Positions 14,931 to 25,748 of a stretch of DNA of 64,000 nt are shown here, in pieces (the first letter of the stretch is position 1; each line of letters starts with the position of its first letter). The translations under genes and the position numbers were made by a program. Below the pieces are notes generated by a model. It was given only the letters and a program-made list of their open reading frames with translations, did no database searches and was not told where the DNA came from. The stretch lies in assembly GCF_058153355.1 (NCBI RefSeq), contig NZ_CM177019.1; one strand, written 5' to 3'.

Positions 14931-15013
14931 TACCTGAGCCTGTGCATGTTTAACCAAGTCTGGCAGGAAATATACACGAAATGAATAATCTGAAAACCAG
15001 GCTTACACTTCCT

Positions 15014-15898
15014 TTACTTTGCAATGAGATCGGGGGCAACTTCGCTTAACCGGCTTCGTTTTGACAGGTTGCCGGTCTTTCTTTTTTTCACTTTCGCCAG
15101 TTCTTCCGCAGAGTAATGCGATGCGACATCCAGCCGTCGAAGCCCCATTTTGATGTACTCGCTGTTGATCTCAATACCAATGAATTTTCGCCCGCTGGCG
15201 GCGGCTACGGCACCGGTAGTAAAGCTACCGGCAAACGGGTCGAGAACGATATCGCCTGGGTTGGAAGAGGCGAGAATAATGCGTTTCAGTAAGGCTTCCG
15301 GTTTTTGCGTCGGGTGATTCTCATATTCATCCATCAAATAACGCACGCGCGGAAAATCCCAGACGTTACCCGGTACTTTTTGATGATTGTAAGGCCGTGG
15401 AGGATTTTTGCGATAATCGATCAACGCGCGCTGCGCTCCGGTTTTGGCTTCAACCAGAATAGCATCACCGTTGAATGTGTAGTTCTTTGCGTCTTTCACC
15501 ATCATCAGGATGGGTTCGTACATGGAGCCGTAGTGTTTTTTCGCCTGCACTCCAGAACTGTCATATGACCAGACGATGCGACTTTTGATGGTAAAAAGTT
15601 TGCGGCACTGGAGATCGATAAAGGGCATGTTTTCCGTGCTGTTCATGATGTACATGCTGCCCTGCTTTTTCAGAACGCGGTGGCACTCTGCAATCACTTC
15701 AAACAGCCAGTCGATAAACAGATCTTCTTTCCAGGCTTCGATCAGACCATCAAAATTTTTACCGATGTTATACGGTGGGTCGGCAAAGATTAGATCTACA
15801 CTTTCGGCGGGGATCTTTTTAAGTTCGGTTAATGCATCACCCTGGATGATGGTCTTTGCTTCATTACCAAATCGGGTCGGTTCACATCCTGTTCTCAT
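15014..15898 (-). CDS. yhdJ: DNA adenine N6-methyltransferase (orphan, no restriction partner in window)
   Basis: Motif IV DPPY (FADPPYNIG) and C-terminal FDPFAGSFTTG AdoMet motif; ATG with GGGAG SD; 294 aa. Confidence 0.9.
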   Translation of the reverse strand: MRTGCEPTRFGNEAKTIIQGDALTELKKIPAESVDLIFADPPYNIGKNFDGLIEAWKEDLFIDWLFEVIAECHRVLKKQGSMYIMNSTENMPFIDLQCRKLFTIKSRIVWSYDSSGVQAKKHYGSMYEPILMMVKDAKNYTFNGDAILVEAKTGAQRALIDYRKNPPRPYNHQKVPGNVWDFPRVRYLMDEYENHPTQKPEALLKRIILASSNPGDIVLDPFAGSFTTGAVAAASGRKFIGIEINSEYIKMGLRRLDVASHYSAEELAKVKKRKTGNLSKRSRLSEVAPDLIAK

Positions 15899-15921
15899 GG
15901 TCACTCCCTTTGTGACACCTA

Positions 15922-15959
15922 TAAAAAAGGCGCTTCCCCATGCCGAGTAGCGCCTTTTT
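15922..15959 (-). terminator. Rho-independent terminator downstream of fis
   Basis: Palindromic aaaaaaggcgc...gcgccttttt hairpin with flanking A/T runs between fis stop and yhdJ start. Confidence 0.7.
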
Positions 15960-15983
15960 AATCAAGCATTTAGCTAACCTGAA

Positions 15984-16280
15984 TTAGTTCATGCCGTATT
16001 TTTTCAATTTTTTACGCAGCGTACCACGGTTGATGCCCATCATCAGCGCAGCACGGGTCTGGTTACCACGGGTGTATTGCATCACCATGTCCAACAGGGG
16101 CTGTTCTACTTCAGCCAGTACCAGCTCATAGAGGTCATTCACATCCTGACCGTTCAGTTGAGCAAAATAGTTCTTCAGTGCCTGTTTAACCGAGTCACGC
16201 AGGGGTTTTTGGGTTACCTGATCCTGAGAGTTAACGGTAGAAACGGTCAGTACGTCAGAATTTACGCGTTGTTCGAACAT
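15984..16280 (-). CDS. fis: Nucleoid-associated protein Fis
   Basis: 98 aa [98 protein letters not shown]. Confidence 0.98.
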
Positions 16281-16305
16281 AGTTCTGTCAGCTCTTTATT
16301 TCTGT

Positions 16306-17271
16306 TTACGCAAAATTTTCGAAGTATGCCTCCAACGCCTCCAGCTGTTCGCTGGCATCCTCAATGGCGTTGAATGTGCGCCGAAACTGGTCATTTGGAG
16401 CGTGTTCCTGGAGATACCAGGAAACGTGTTTACGTGCAATTCGGTACCCTTTTGCCGGACCATAAAAGTCATGCAGTTCCCGAACGTGCGCGCAAAGCAA
16501 GCGCTTAACCTCTGCCAAAGGCAGCGGGGGCAGCAACTCCCCAGTGTCCAGATAATGCTGGATTTCCCGAAAGATCCAGGGTCTTCCCTGAGCTGCGCGG
16601 CCTATCATCAGGGCATCCGCCCCTGTATAGTCGAGCACAGCTCTGGCTTTAAGCGGGTCAGTAATGTCGCCATTCGCGATAACCGGAATGGAAACTTTCT
16701 GCTTAACTGCCCGAATACTGTCGTACTCAGCTTCTCCATTGAACAAACAGGCGCGTGTACGGCCATGAATGGTCAGAGCCTGAATGCCACAGTCTTCAGC
16801 CAGTTGGGCAATCTCTTCGCAGTTACGGTGTTCCGGCGCCCAGCCGGTGCGAATCTTCAGGGTAACAGGAACGTCCACTGCATTGACGACCTCGGTAAGG
16901 ATCGATTTAACGACATCCGGGTACTGCAAGAGGGCTGAACCTGCGAGCTTGCGATTCACTTTTTTAGCCGGGCAACCCATATTGATATCAATAATCTGGG
17001 CACCGCTTTCCACGTTAATACGTGCTGCATCTGCCATTTCTTTCGGATCGCTACCGGCAATTTGCACGGTGCGAATACCGGGTTCATCAATGTGCACCAT
17101 CCGTAAACGAGATTTGTCGCTTTCCCAAACCTGTGGGTTAGAAGACATCATCTCGGATACTGTCAATCCGGCTCCCATCTCGTAGCACAACGTCCGAAAA
17201 GGTCTGTCTGTAATGCCAGCCATGGGCGCTGCGATCAGGCGATTTCTGAGCTGATATTGTCCGATGCGCAT
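16306..17271 (-). CDS. dusB: tRNA-dihydrouridine synthase B
   Basis: 321 aa FMN-dependent Dus fold; operon partner of fis. Confidence 0.95.
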   Translation of the reverse strand: MRIGQYQLRNRLIAAPMAGITDRPFRTLCYEMGAGLTVSEMMSSNPQVWESDKSRLRMVHIDEPGIRTVQIAGSDPKEMADAARINVESGAQIIDINMGCPAKKVNRKLAGSALLQYPDVVKSILTEVVNAVDVPVTLKIRTGWAPEHRNCEEIAQLAEDCGIQALTIHGRTRACLFNGEAEYDSIRAVKQKVSIPVIANGDITDPLKARAVLDYTGADALMIGRAAQGRPWIFREIQHYLDTGELLPPLPLAEVKRLLCAHVRELHDFYGPAKGYRIARKHVSWYLQEHAPNDQFRRTFNAIEDASEQLEALEAYFENFA

Positions 17272-17599
17272 GAGTTAAGAAATGACCATACTGTGACTGC
17301 AAGGCGGCGTATATTACGCATTTTTTGCACGAGATGAAAGGCCAAACTTTGACCAATCCTCTGAGATGGATCAAAGAATTGCATTTAAAATGAGCTTGGC
17401 GCGATAATTACTCATAAAAATCATTATATTAGAAAATAGTGACTAAAATTTACACTCCAAGAAATTTGAGTAAGTTCTCAATTTTTCTTTATGAATGAAA
17501 ATTTTGGCACGCAAATTTGCGTAAATAATCGGCAAATTAACGTGCCTTTTGTGACCTTGCTCGCACTTCGCCTTGCGTCACCATACGGCGATGCGAAGG
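17272..17599 (-). promoter_or_regulatory. AT-rich dusB-fis promoter region
   Basis: 328 bp AT-rich intergenic region upstream of dusB; individual sites not resolved by eye. Confidence 0.45.
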
Positions 17600-18481
17600 T
17601 TAATTCTTACGACCGGTAATGCGGCACCACTCTTCTTTTTCCACGACCGGGTCCAGAGCGAAGCTGTCGGCATAAGCTTCACAAACGCTCTCTGCCTGGC
17701 TTGCCAGAATACCGGAAAGGCCCAGCAAGCCACCTGAAACCGGCAGGACGCTGATTAACGGTGCCAGTTCACGTAATGGGCCTGCAAGGATGTTAGCGAC
17801 CACCACGTCGGCTTTCATTTCTTCTGGCTGATCTTTAGGTAGGTAGAGTTCCAGACGGTCAGAAACGCCATTACGTTCGGCGTTGTCGCGGCTGGCCTGA
17901 ATCGCCTGCGGATCAATATCAATACCAATGGCTTTTGCTGCACCCAGTTTCAGCGCCGCGATAGCCAGAATGCCGGAACCACAGCCAAAGTCGATGACCG
18001 TTTTACCGGTTAAATCGAGGCTGTCGAGCCATTGCAGGCACAGAGAGGTGGTTGGATGAGTCCCTGTACCAAACGCCAGACCTGGGTCTAACATTACGTT
18101 GACGGCGTTTTCGTCCGGCACATCACGCCAGCTTGGGCAGATCCACAGTCGTTCACCAAAGCGCATCGGGTGGAAATTATCCATCCATTCGCGCTCCCAG
18201 TCTTTATCTTCCAGTTGTTCGATTTTATGCGCAAAGCCCGCGCCGAGCAGAGGATGGTTTTCCAGAATTGCCACCACGTCGTTCATATCGGTTTCAGCGT
18301 CGAACAGACCAATCACATCGGTGTCGCCCCACAGGCGCGTTTCGCCCGGCAGCGGCTCAAACACAGGCGTATCGTGGGTATCCTGAAAAGTGATAGAAAC
18401 GGCACCCGCTTCCATCAGCGCATCGCTAAGATCTTCCGCGTTCGCGCCGGTAGTGTTCAGTTTCAGTTGGATCCAAGGCAT
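17600..18481 (-). CDS. prmA: Ribosomal protein L11 methyltransferase
   Basis: 293 aa, AdoMet motif [18 protein letters not shown]. Confidence 0.95.
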
Positions 18482-18492
18482 GGCAAAACTCT

Positions 18493-19944
18493 TTATTTAT
18501 CAGTAGTCAAAACGGTAGCTTGCGGGACGGATGTACCGAAACGGTTTCCGACCAGGAAAGCCAGCAAACTTAGCAGCAACGAGGGCACGATAGGGTGGAA
18601 GCCCAGGTACTGAATATTCAGCGTCGCGAGTACGGCATACAGTACGCCGCCAACGATCATCGCACTTAGCGCGCCTTTGGCGTTGGCGCGTTCCCAGTAA
18701 AGACCCAGCACCAGCGGCCACAGGAAAACGGCTTCCAGCCCACCGAAGGCCAGCAAATTCAGCCAGATGATCATTTCTGGCGGCTTCCAGGCGGCAAGCA
18801 GCAGCAACGCACCGAGAACCAACGTGATCACCGCCGACATCCGCTTCAGACGCGTCTCGTTTTGCATTTGATCCGGACGGATATTCAGATAGAGATCTTT
18901 AATGATCGTAGCGGAACTTTGCAGCAACTGGGCATTGATCGTCGACATGATCGCAGCCATAGGTGCAGCCAGGAAGATCCCGGCAGCAAACGGTGGCAGC
19001 ACTTTTACCATCAACGTCGGGATCACCAGGTCCGGTACGGTGAGATCGGGGATCACCGCCCGACCTAACGCTCCGGCCAGGTGCATACCGAACATCAGGA
19101 TTGCGACCACAATCGTACCGATGATGATCCCCCGATGTACGGCTTTGCTGTCTTTATAAGAGATACAGCGCACCGCAGTATGCGGCAGGCCAATCACGCC
19201 AAAACACACCAGCACCCAGAACGACGTCATAAACGCAGGTGACAGAATATCGTCAGCGCCTTGTGGCGTAACCAGTTGCGGATCGATGGTTTGCAGCGTC
19301 TCTACCGCATTGCTTAAGCCGCCAGCAGCATGGACCACGCCAATAAGCAGCACAATGGTGCCAATCAGCATCACCAGCCCTTGCATGGTGTCGTTCAGCA
19401 CGCTGGCGCGAAAGCCGCCAAAGGCGGTGTAGAGCGCAATGCTGATGCCAAAAATCAGCAAACCTGTTTCATAAGGGATACCCGCCGCGGTTTCCAGCAG
19501 GCGCGCACCGCCGATAAACTGCACGGTCATCGCACCAACGAACGCAACCAGCAAACTCAAACTCGCCAGCCACACCAGCAGGCGACTCTGGTAGCGGGCA
19601 AACAGCATATCGTTCAGCGTCACCGCATTGTAGCGGCGCGCGAGAATCGCGAACTTCTTGCCGAGAATACCGAGCGAAAGCCAGACCGCAGGTAGCTGAA
19701 TCATTGCCAGCAATACCCAACCCAGGCCGTATTTATAAGCAGCTCCTGGCCCGCCGATAAACGAACTGGCACTGATATAGGTCGCGGTGAGCGTCATCGC
19801 CAGCACAATACCGCCCATAGAGCGGCTACCGAGGAAATACTCATTAAGGAAGGTGCCGGTGCTCCGTTTACGCATCGCATAAACAGAGATACCGAACACC
19901 ACCACCAGATAGGCGACCAGCGGTAGAATCACTTCAAGCTGCAT
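18493..19944 (-). CDS. panF: Sodium/pantothenate symporter
   Basis: SSS-family multi-TM protein; start set at second ATG (SD GGAGG 6 nt upstream), 483 aa. Confidence 0.93.
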
Positions 19945-20176
19945 CGTCATCCTCCAGTGGGATATCGCGATAGATAAATTTCACCATCGCCCAGCACAGT
20001 CCAATAAACAGCAGCGGCGTCAGGATGCAAGCCATCTCAAACCAGCGTGGAAAGCCGGTAAAACCGGGGGTAACGCCAGGTAAGTAAGCGGATACTAACC
20101 ATACCGCCAGATACAAAAGGGTCAGCCCCAGCGCCCAGCGCGCCTCTTTATGGGCCTGAACAAAACGAGTGTCCAC
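19934..20176 (-). CDS. yhdT: Small membrane protein YhdT (cotranscribed with panF)
   Basis: 80 aa from GTG start preceded by AGGAGG at 9 nt spacing; overlaps panF start by 11 nt. Confidence 0.8.
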   Translation of the reverse strand: MDTRFVQAHKEARWALGLTLLYLAVWLVSAYLPGVTPGFTGFPRWFEMACILTPLLFIGLCWAMVKFIYRDIPLEDDDAA

Positions 20177-20268
20177 GGAAGGGGTCCTCCTCATGGGGGG
20201 ATACGAGAAACGGGCAATTCTACGGCAACTCTTCAGGCAGGGAAAATAATCTGACAGAAAATTGCCGT

Positions 20269-21225
20269 TCAGTGCTGCTGCAAAAAGTCTTCAATGTCAG
20301 TCAGTGAGGATATCCCTTCCATCGGACCTTGCCGCATTACCGCGAGCGCGCCGCTGGCATTTGCATATTGCAGCGCCTTGTGTGCCGGGATACCGGATAA
20401 GAAAAGAGTGACAAACGTTGCGCCAAAGCAGTCGCCTGCACCCGTTGGATCGATTATTTCGATATCGTGGCCTGCAACATGCTTGGCGTGTAATGTTCCG
20501 TTTTTAATCTTGTAATAGCTGGCCCCACGCTGGGCGCGTTTTATCGCCACATGTTTTACGCCGCCGTGGAGAAGATCGCTAACAATCTGTTCTTCTGACA
20601 GATTTTTGTGACGCGCGAAGAAAGGGAGTTCGCTTTCGCTGGGGATAAAAATATCCGTATATTCAATCAAATAATCGAGAGCCTGCGCCATTTCAGGAAT
20701 ACTCAGCATCTCTTTGCGAATATTGGGATCGAAAGAAACGGTGCCGCCAGCCGATTTGATCGTCGTTATTGCTTTACGCATGACATCGATCATGCGAAAT
20801 GAGAACAATGATGAGCCCACAATATGCAGATGGTTACACTGTTTTAGCAGATCCTTATCAATGTGCTCGGCAGTAAACAAACCGCAGGCGCTGTTAGGGA
20901 TATTAAAGACGAAATCCCGCTGCTGGGGATTTTGATAACTCACGAATGCCGTACCTGTTACGGCATTGTTCATAACATGGATCCCATCGGTAATGACACC
21001 TTCATGACGGAGGCGCTCTATAATGAGTCGGCCAAAATCATCATTACCAACACATCCGAAGAAGATGGCCCGATGGGACAGTTTTGCCACCTGAGCAGCA
21101 AAAATTGCTGGTGCACCGCTGGGAAATGGCCCGATAAACTCCCCAGGCTGAGTGAATTTTTGATGTGGGTTGCGGGACAAAAACTCGGCCAGCAATTCGC
21201 CCATAGCGCAGATAGTTATTGTCAC
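20269..21225 (-). CDS. PfkB-family sugar kinase (island kinase 1)
   Basis: C-terminal DPTGAGDCFGATF and N-terminal GxxxGGAP-like PSGAPAIF motifs; paralogous to ORF 26760-27722; start set at GTG 21225 (GAGG 6 nt upstream; aligns with N-terminus of paralog) instead of ORF-track 21279. Confidence 0.8.
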   Translation of the reverse strand: MTITICAMGELLAEFLSRNPHQKFTQPGEFIGPFPSGAPAIFAAQVAKLSHRAIFFGCVGNDDFGRLIIERLRHEGVITDGIHVMNNAVTGTAFVSYQNPQQRDFVFNIPNSACGLFTAEHIDKDLLKQCNHLHIVGSSLFSFRMIDVMRKAITTIKSAGGTVSFDPNIRKEMLSIPEMAQALDYLIEYTDIFIPSESELPFFARHKNLSEEQIVSDLLHGGVKHVAIKRAQRGASYYKIKNGTLHAKHVAGHDIEIIDPTGAGDCFGATFVTLFLSGIPAHKALQYANASGALAVMRQGPMEGISSLTDIEDFLQQH

Positions 21226-21235
21226 AAAACCCCTC

Positions 21236-22066
21236 TCATTCCTGAAGCCTTTCGCGATTGGACCAGGTAAAGCACTCATTACTGGTATAAAGGATAACGA
21301 AATCAGCCGACTGCAATTGTTGCTGATATTGTTCGTTAATGCTGCGGCTGACGATCACATTTTCTGCCTGATGCAAATGCCCGATAGCAGCCGTTGATGG
21401 CGCAGGATCGGCGGCAACGATAACTGTCTTATTCTGGGCATGATCGAAACAGAGCTGCCAGGCAGCGGCAAGTCTGGGAACGTTGATATTTAAAGTACCA
21501 TCAGCATCCAGATGGCTGATTTCCAGAATGCTGTGTGTAATGGTGAAATGCTGAAGTGCCTGTTCGAGCGGTTTTCCGGCCAGTGCGGTGTCGGGGCGCA
21601 GCATTTCACTGCCAGCCAGTATTATTTCGCCATCAATAAACTGATTTGCCAGCAGCGCATGTTCGGGATCGTTGGTGATCAGACGCAGTTTTTTCACTTC
21701 GCTGAGCAATGGAATGATCTTACGGCAGATTGTCCCATGTCCAAGAAATAGCGTGTCACGATCCCGAATTAACCGTGCGCAATGTCGTGCTATTTCCATT
21801 TGTTGTGCCAGAGACAATGGCGCGATCGGTTGTATCGCTTCTGGTTCAGAGGAGAGTGGTGTCGCAATAGCACCGCCAAATGATCGCTTTAAATATCCCT
21901 GTTGCTCCAGATAACTGAGATCGCCGCGGATCGTCACGCCAGAGACACCAAGTTGCGCAGATAAGTCATCAACTTTGATTTCACCCTGGGCGGCAACAAT
22001 TTCTGCAATTTTTAATCTGCGTTTCAGTAGGTTAGACGATTTTCTCGGCACGTTAACACTCTTCAT
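21236..22066 (-). CDS. DeoR-family transcriptional regulator
   Basis: 276 aa; N-terminal HTH RRLKIAEIVAAQGEIKVDDLSAQLGVSGVTIRGDLSYLEQQGYLKR typical of DeoR/GlpR/AgaR, C-terminal sugar-phosphate sensor domain; stop is 10 nt before kinase 1 start. Confidence 0.85.
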   Translation of the reverse strand: MKSVNVPRKSSNLLKRRLKIAEIVAAQGEIKVDDLSAQLGVSGVTIRGDLSYLEQQGYLKRSFGGAIATPLSSEPEAIQPIAPLSLAQQMEIARHCARLIRDRDTLFLGHGTICRKIIPLLSEVKKLRLITNDPEHALLANQFIDGEIILAGSEMLRPDTALAGKPLEQALQHFTITHSILEISHLDADGTLNINVPRLAAAWQLCFDHAQNKTVIVAADPAPSTAAIGHLHQAENVIVSRSINEQYQQQLQSADFVILYTSNECFTWSNRERLQE

Positions 22067-22239
22067 TGGCCTTTAATGCGTAACACTATAGCCCCTTGTA
22101 TTTTTCTTTGAAAGTTACCCTTCAATAATATCGACAATTCGAAAATAAAAGCATAGGGCAAAAATTGCAGCAAAAATAGCTTAATGCATTGAAAATAAAT
22201 GAATATTTCCATATCTGTCCAAAGGCATCATTGGTTTCA

Positions 22240-22254
22240 TTTTCAAAGTGAAAA
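22240..22254. promoter_or_regulatory. Candidate operator palindrome TTTTCA-AAG-TGAAAA
   Basis: Perfect 6-3-6 inverted repeat in divergent intergenic region between DeoR gene and aldolase operon. Confidence 0.4.
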
Positions 22255-22337
22255 ATAAATTAAGTTATTTTTTGTAAGTTATTTTGATGATATTCGACAT
22301 GCGTCACGCTTTTTACCGCTTTTGCTGTGCTAGTTTG

Positions 22338-22352
22338 CTTTCAAAATGAAAG
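22338..22352. promoter_or_regulatory. Candidate operator palindrome CTTTCA-AAA-TGAAAG
   Basis: Perfect 6-3-6 inverted repeat about 55 bp upstream of aldolase ATG; related copy ttcattttgtaaggtgaa at 22368-22385. Confidence 0.4.
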
Positions 22353-22379
22353 TGAAGATTCTCTTTCTTCATTTTGTAA

Positions 22380-23261
<882 letters not shown>

Positions 23262-23296
23262 GACGTTGTACCCTACAAAAACAATGAGGATTGTTT

Positions 23297-24187
23297 ATGA
23301 AAAATATTAAATTACTTGGTTCCGCTATGATGGTGAGCCTGGCATTGTTCTCGCAAAGTTCATTGGCAAAAGAGTATAAAATTGGAGCTTCATTATTAAC
23401 ACAGCAACACCCTTTTTATATCGACCTCGCAAATGCAATGAAAGAAGAGGCGAAAAAAGACAATGTCAATTTAAGTGTCTCTATTGCCAATCAGGATTTA
23501 AACAAACAGCTTTCTGATGTTGAGGATTTTATTACTAAAAAGGTAGATGCCATTATTATCTCTCCGGTCGATTCGAAAGGTGTCCAGGCAGCGATAATTA
23601 AAGCCGATAAGGCTGGTATTCCCGTTATCACCGTTGACGTTGCCGCGGAAGGCGTTCCGGTCGTATCGCATGTTGCGACCGATAATTACGCGGGAGGCGT
23701 TGAAGCTGGTAAGTTAATGGGCAAACTTTTGAATGGTAAAGGTACTGTAGCCATTATTTCTTATCCTGCACTACAATCGGTGGTTGCACGCGTTGATGGC
23801 TTTAAGAAAGGATTAAGCGATACGCCGGATATTAAAATTGTTGCGGAACAGCCTGGTATTACGCGCGCTGAAGCGTTAACGACTACGCAAAATATTATGC
23901 AGGCCAACGCCAACCTGAATGGTCTGTTTGGCTTTGGTGATGATGCGGCGCTGGCGGCGGTTATAGCGGCGAAATCTGCGCATAACGACAACATCAAAAT
24001 CATTGGTTTTGATGGTATGAAAGAAGCGCGAGATGCCGTTGATAGTGAAAAAACGTTTGCGGCCGTGATTCGGCAATATCCCGATCAAATGGGTGCTAAA
24101 GCCATAGATGCCGCTGTTGATCACCTCAATGGTAAACCGGTAGAGAAAATGATCCCGGTACAACCCGGCGTTTATACAGGTAAATAA
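23297..24187 (+). CDS. Periplasmic sugar-binding protein (RbsB-like)
   Basis: 296 aa from ATG 23297 (GAGGA 6 nt upstream); signal peptide MKNIKLLGSAMMVSLALFSQSSLA; PBP type I fold similar to ribose-binding protein. Confidence 0.82.
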   Translation: MKNIKLLGSAMMVSLALFSQSSLAKEYKIGASLLTQQHPFYIDLANAMKEEAKKDNVNLSVSIANQDLNKQLSDVEDFITKKVDAIIISPVDSKGVQAAIIKADKAGIPVITVDVAAEGVPVVSHVATDNYAGGVEAGKLMGKLLNGKGTVAIISYPALQSVVARVDGFKKGLSDTPDIKIVAEQPGITRAEALTTTQNIMQANANLNGLFGFGDDAALAAVIAAKSAHNDNIKIIGFDGMKEARDAVDSEKTFAAVIRQYPDQMGAKAIDAAVDHLNGKPVEKMIPVQPGVYTGK

Positions 24188-24247
24188 TAAACATCTTCAT
24201 TTCACAACAAAACGTTATCGACGTTTTGTTGTGACACCGAGGTCATT

Positions 24248-25669
24248 ATGACGGATGTTATTCTTGATGTTTCGCATATTGCGAAGACATTTGGTCATGT
24301 TCAGGCATTAAAAGATATTACACTCTCTTTACGTAAAGGGCGGGTACATACTTTATTAGGTGAGAATGGTGCCGGTAAATCGACATTAATGAAAATATTG
24401 GCCGGTGTTTATCCGCCAACCCAGGGAACAATAAAACTACGTGGTGAAACTATCACAATTAATAATCCGCAGCATTCACGTCAGTTAGGGATTGCTATTA
24501 TTTTTCAGGAACTGAGCCTGAGTAATAATATGACCGTGGCGGAAAATATTTATGCCAATAATGAACCGCGACGTTTTGGCATTATTAACGATAAAAAAAT
24601 GCTCGCAGATTGCCAGAATCTCCTCGCGGAACTGGGCATCCCACTGGATCCGCTGGAAATGGTCGGCAATATGTCGATGGCACATAGGCAACTGGTAGAA
24701 ATTGCCAAAGCCTTAAGCTATGCAGCAGATGTCGTGATTATGGATGAACCGACATCTTCGCTAAGTGATAATGAAGCAGAGATTCTGTTTAACATTATTG
24801 AGAAATTAAAGCAGCGAGGTTGTGCGGTTATTTATATCTCTCATCGCATGGATGAAATTATGCGGATTTCAGATGATATTTCGGTGATCCGCGACGGTGA
24901 GTATATCGCTACGCATGAAAAGAAAAACAGTGATATCCAGCATTTGATTGCCCAAATGGTTGGTCGGGAAATGAAAAATATTTGGCCAGCACGTCTTGGG
25001 GAAAAGCCGGATGAAAATATTCCTGCAAAACTGGAAGTAAAAAACCTTTCCCATCCTTCGCTTTTTAAAGAGGTCAGTTTCGCTGTGCGTCCGGGGGAAG
25101 TCCTCGGATTTTTTGGCCTGGTGGGGGCCGGGCGTTCCGATGTGATGAAGGCGCTATTTGGCCTCATTTCGTATCACGGGACTGTGTTGATTGATGGTAA
25201 GGAAGTCAGGATCGCTAATCCCAAACAGGCCATTGATCATGGCATTGCATTTGTGACCGAAAACCGCAAGGAAGAAGGGTTAGTGCTGATGCACGACGTC
25301 AATATGAACACGCACCACGTGGCGTTTCAATATAACGCTTCGCGGATGGGACTCATCAATCACCGACAAGAAGAGACGAAGACGCTGCAATCTATTGCCA
25401 GAATGAATACTAAAGTGAGTTCTGTACATCAGGCTGTGGGGGCGCTAAGCGGCGGTAATCAACAGAAAATCGTGTTATCGAAGTGGCTGGAGAAAACCCC
25501 ACGTATTTTATTGCTCGATGAGCCTACGCGCGGAGTGGATGTCGGCGCAAAATTTGAAATCTATAACGTGATACGTCAACTGGCTGCGGCAGGAACAGCA
25601 ATTATTCTGGTGTCCTCTGAACTGCCTGAAGTCATGGCACTTAGCGATCGTCTGGTGGTTAATGCGTAA
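24248..25669 (+). CDS. Sugar ABC transporter ATP-binding protein, two-domain RbsA-like; apparent frameshift truncates C-terminus (remaining 28 codons continue in the next frame to 25748)
   Basis: Two nucleotide-binding domains (Walker A GENGAGKST and GLVGAGRSD, signature LSGGNQQK, Walker B LLLDEPTRGVD); ORF stops after ...LSDRLVVNA, while the next frame reads MRNKTIADIYSCENLTQTQVMTAATGVR and ends directly before the permease ATG. Confidence 0.8.
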   Translation: MTDVILDVSHIAKTFGHVQALKDITLSLRKGRVHTLLGENGAGKSTLMKILAGVYPPTQGTIKLRGETITINNPQHSRQLGIAIIFQELSLSNNMTVAENIYANNEPRRFGIINDKKMLADCQNLLAELGIPLDPLEMVGNMSMAHRQLVEIAKALSYAADVVIMDEPTSSLSDNEAEILFNIIEKLKQRGCAVIYISHRMDEIMRISDDISVIRDGEYIATHEKKNSDIQHLIAQMVGREMKNIWPARLGEKPDENIPAKLEVKNLSHPSLFKEVSFAVRPGEVLGFFGLVGAGRSDVMKALFGLISYHGTVLIDGKEVRIANPKQAIDHGIAFVTENRKEEGLVLMHDVNMNTHHVAFQYNASRMGLINHRQEETKTLQSIARMNTKVSSVHQAVGALSGGNQQKIVLSKWLEKTPRILLLDEPTRGVDVGAKFEIYNVIRQLAAAGTAIILVSSELPEVMALSDRLVVNA

Positions 25670-25748
25670 TAAAACGATTGCCGATATTTATTCATGTGAA
25701 AATTTAACGCAGACACAGGTAATGACCGCTGCAACAGGAGTACGTTAA

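Noticed and set aside
21226-21279. 18-codon N-terminal extension of island kinase 1 (ORF-track start at 21279)
   Set aside because: It would overlap the DeoR gene 3' end by 44 nt; GTG at 21225 has a GAGG Shine-Dalgarno 6 nt upstream and aligns with the N-terminus of the paralogous kinase 2.
25662-25748. Possible separate small gene downstream of the ABC ATPase
   Set aside because: The translation is the missing C-terminus of the ATPase in a shifted frame, not an independent gene (see frameshift finding).
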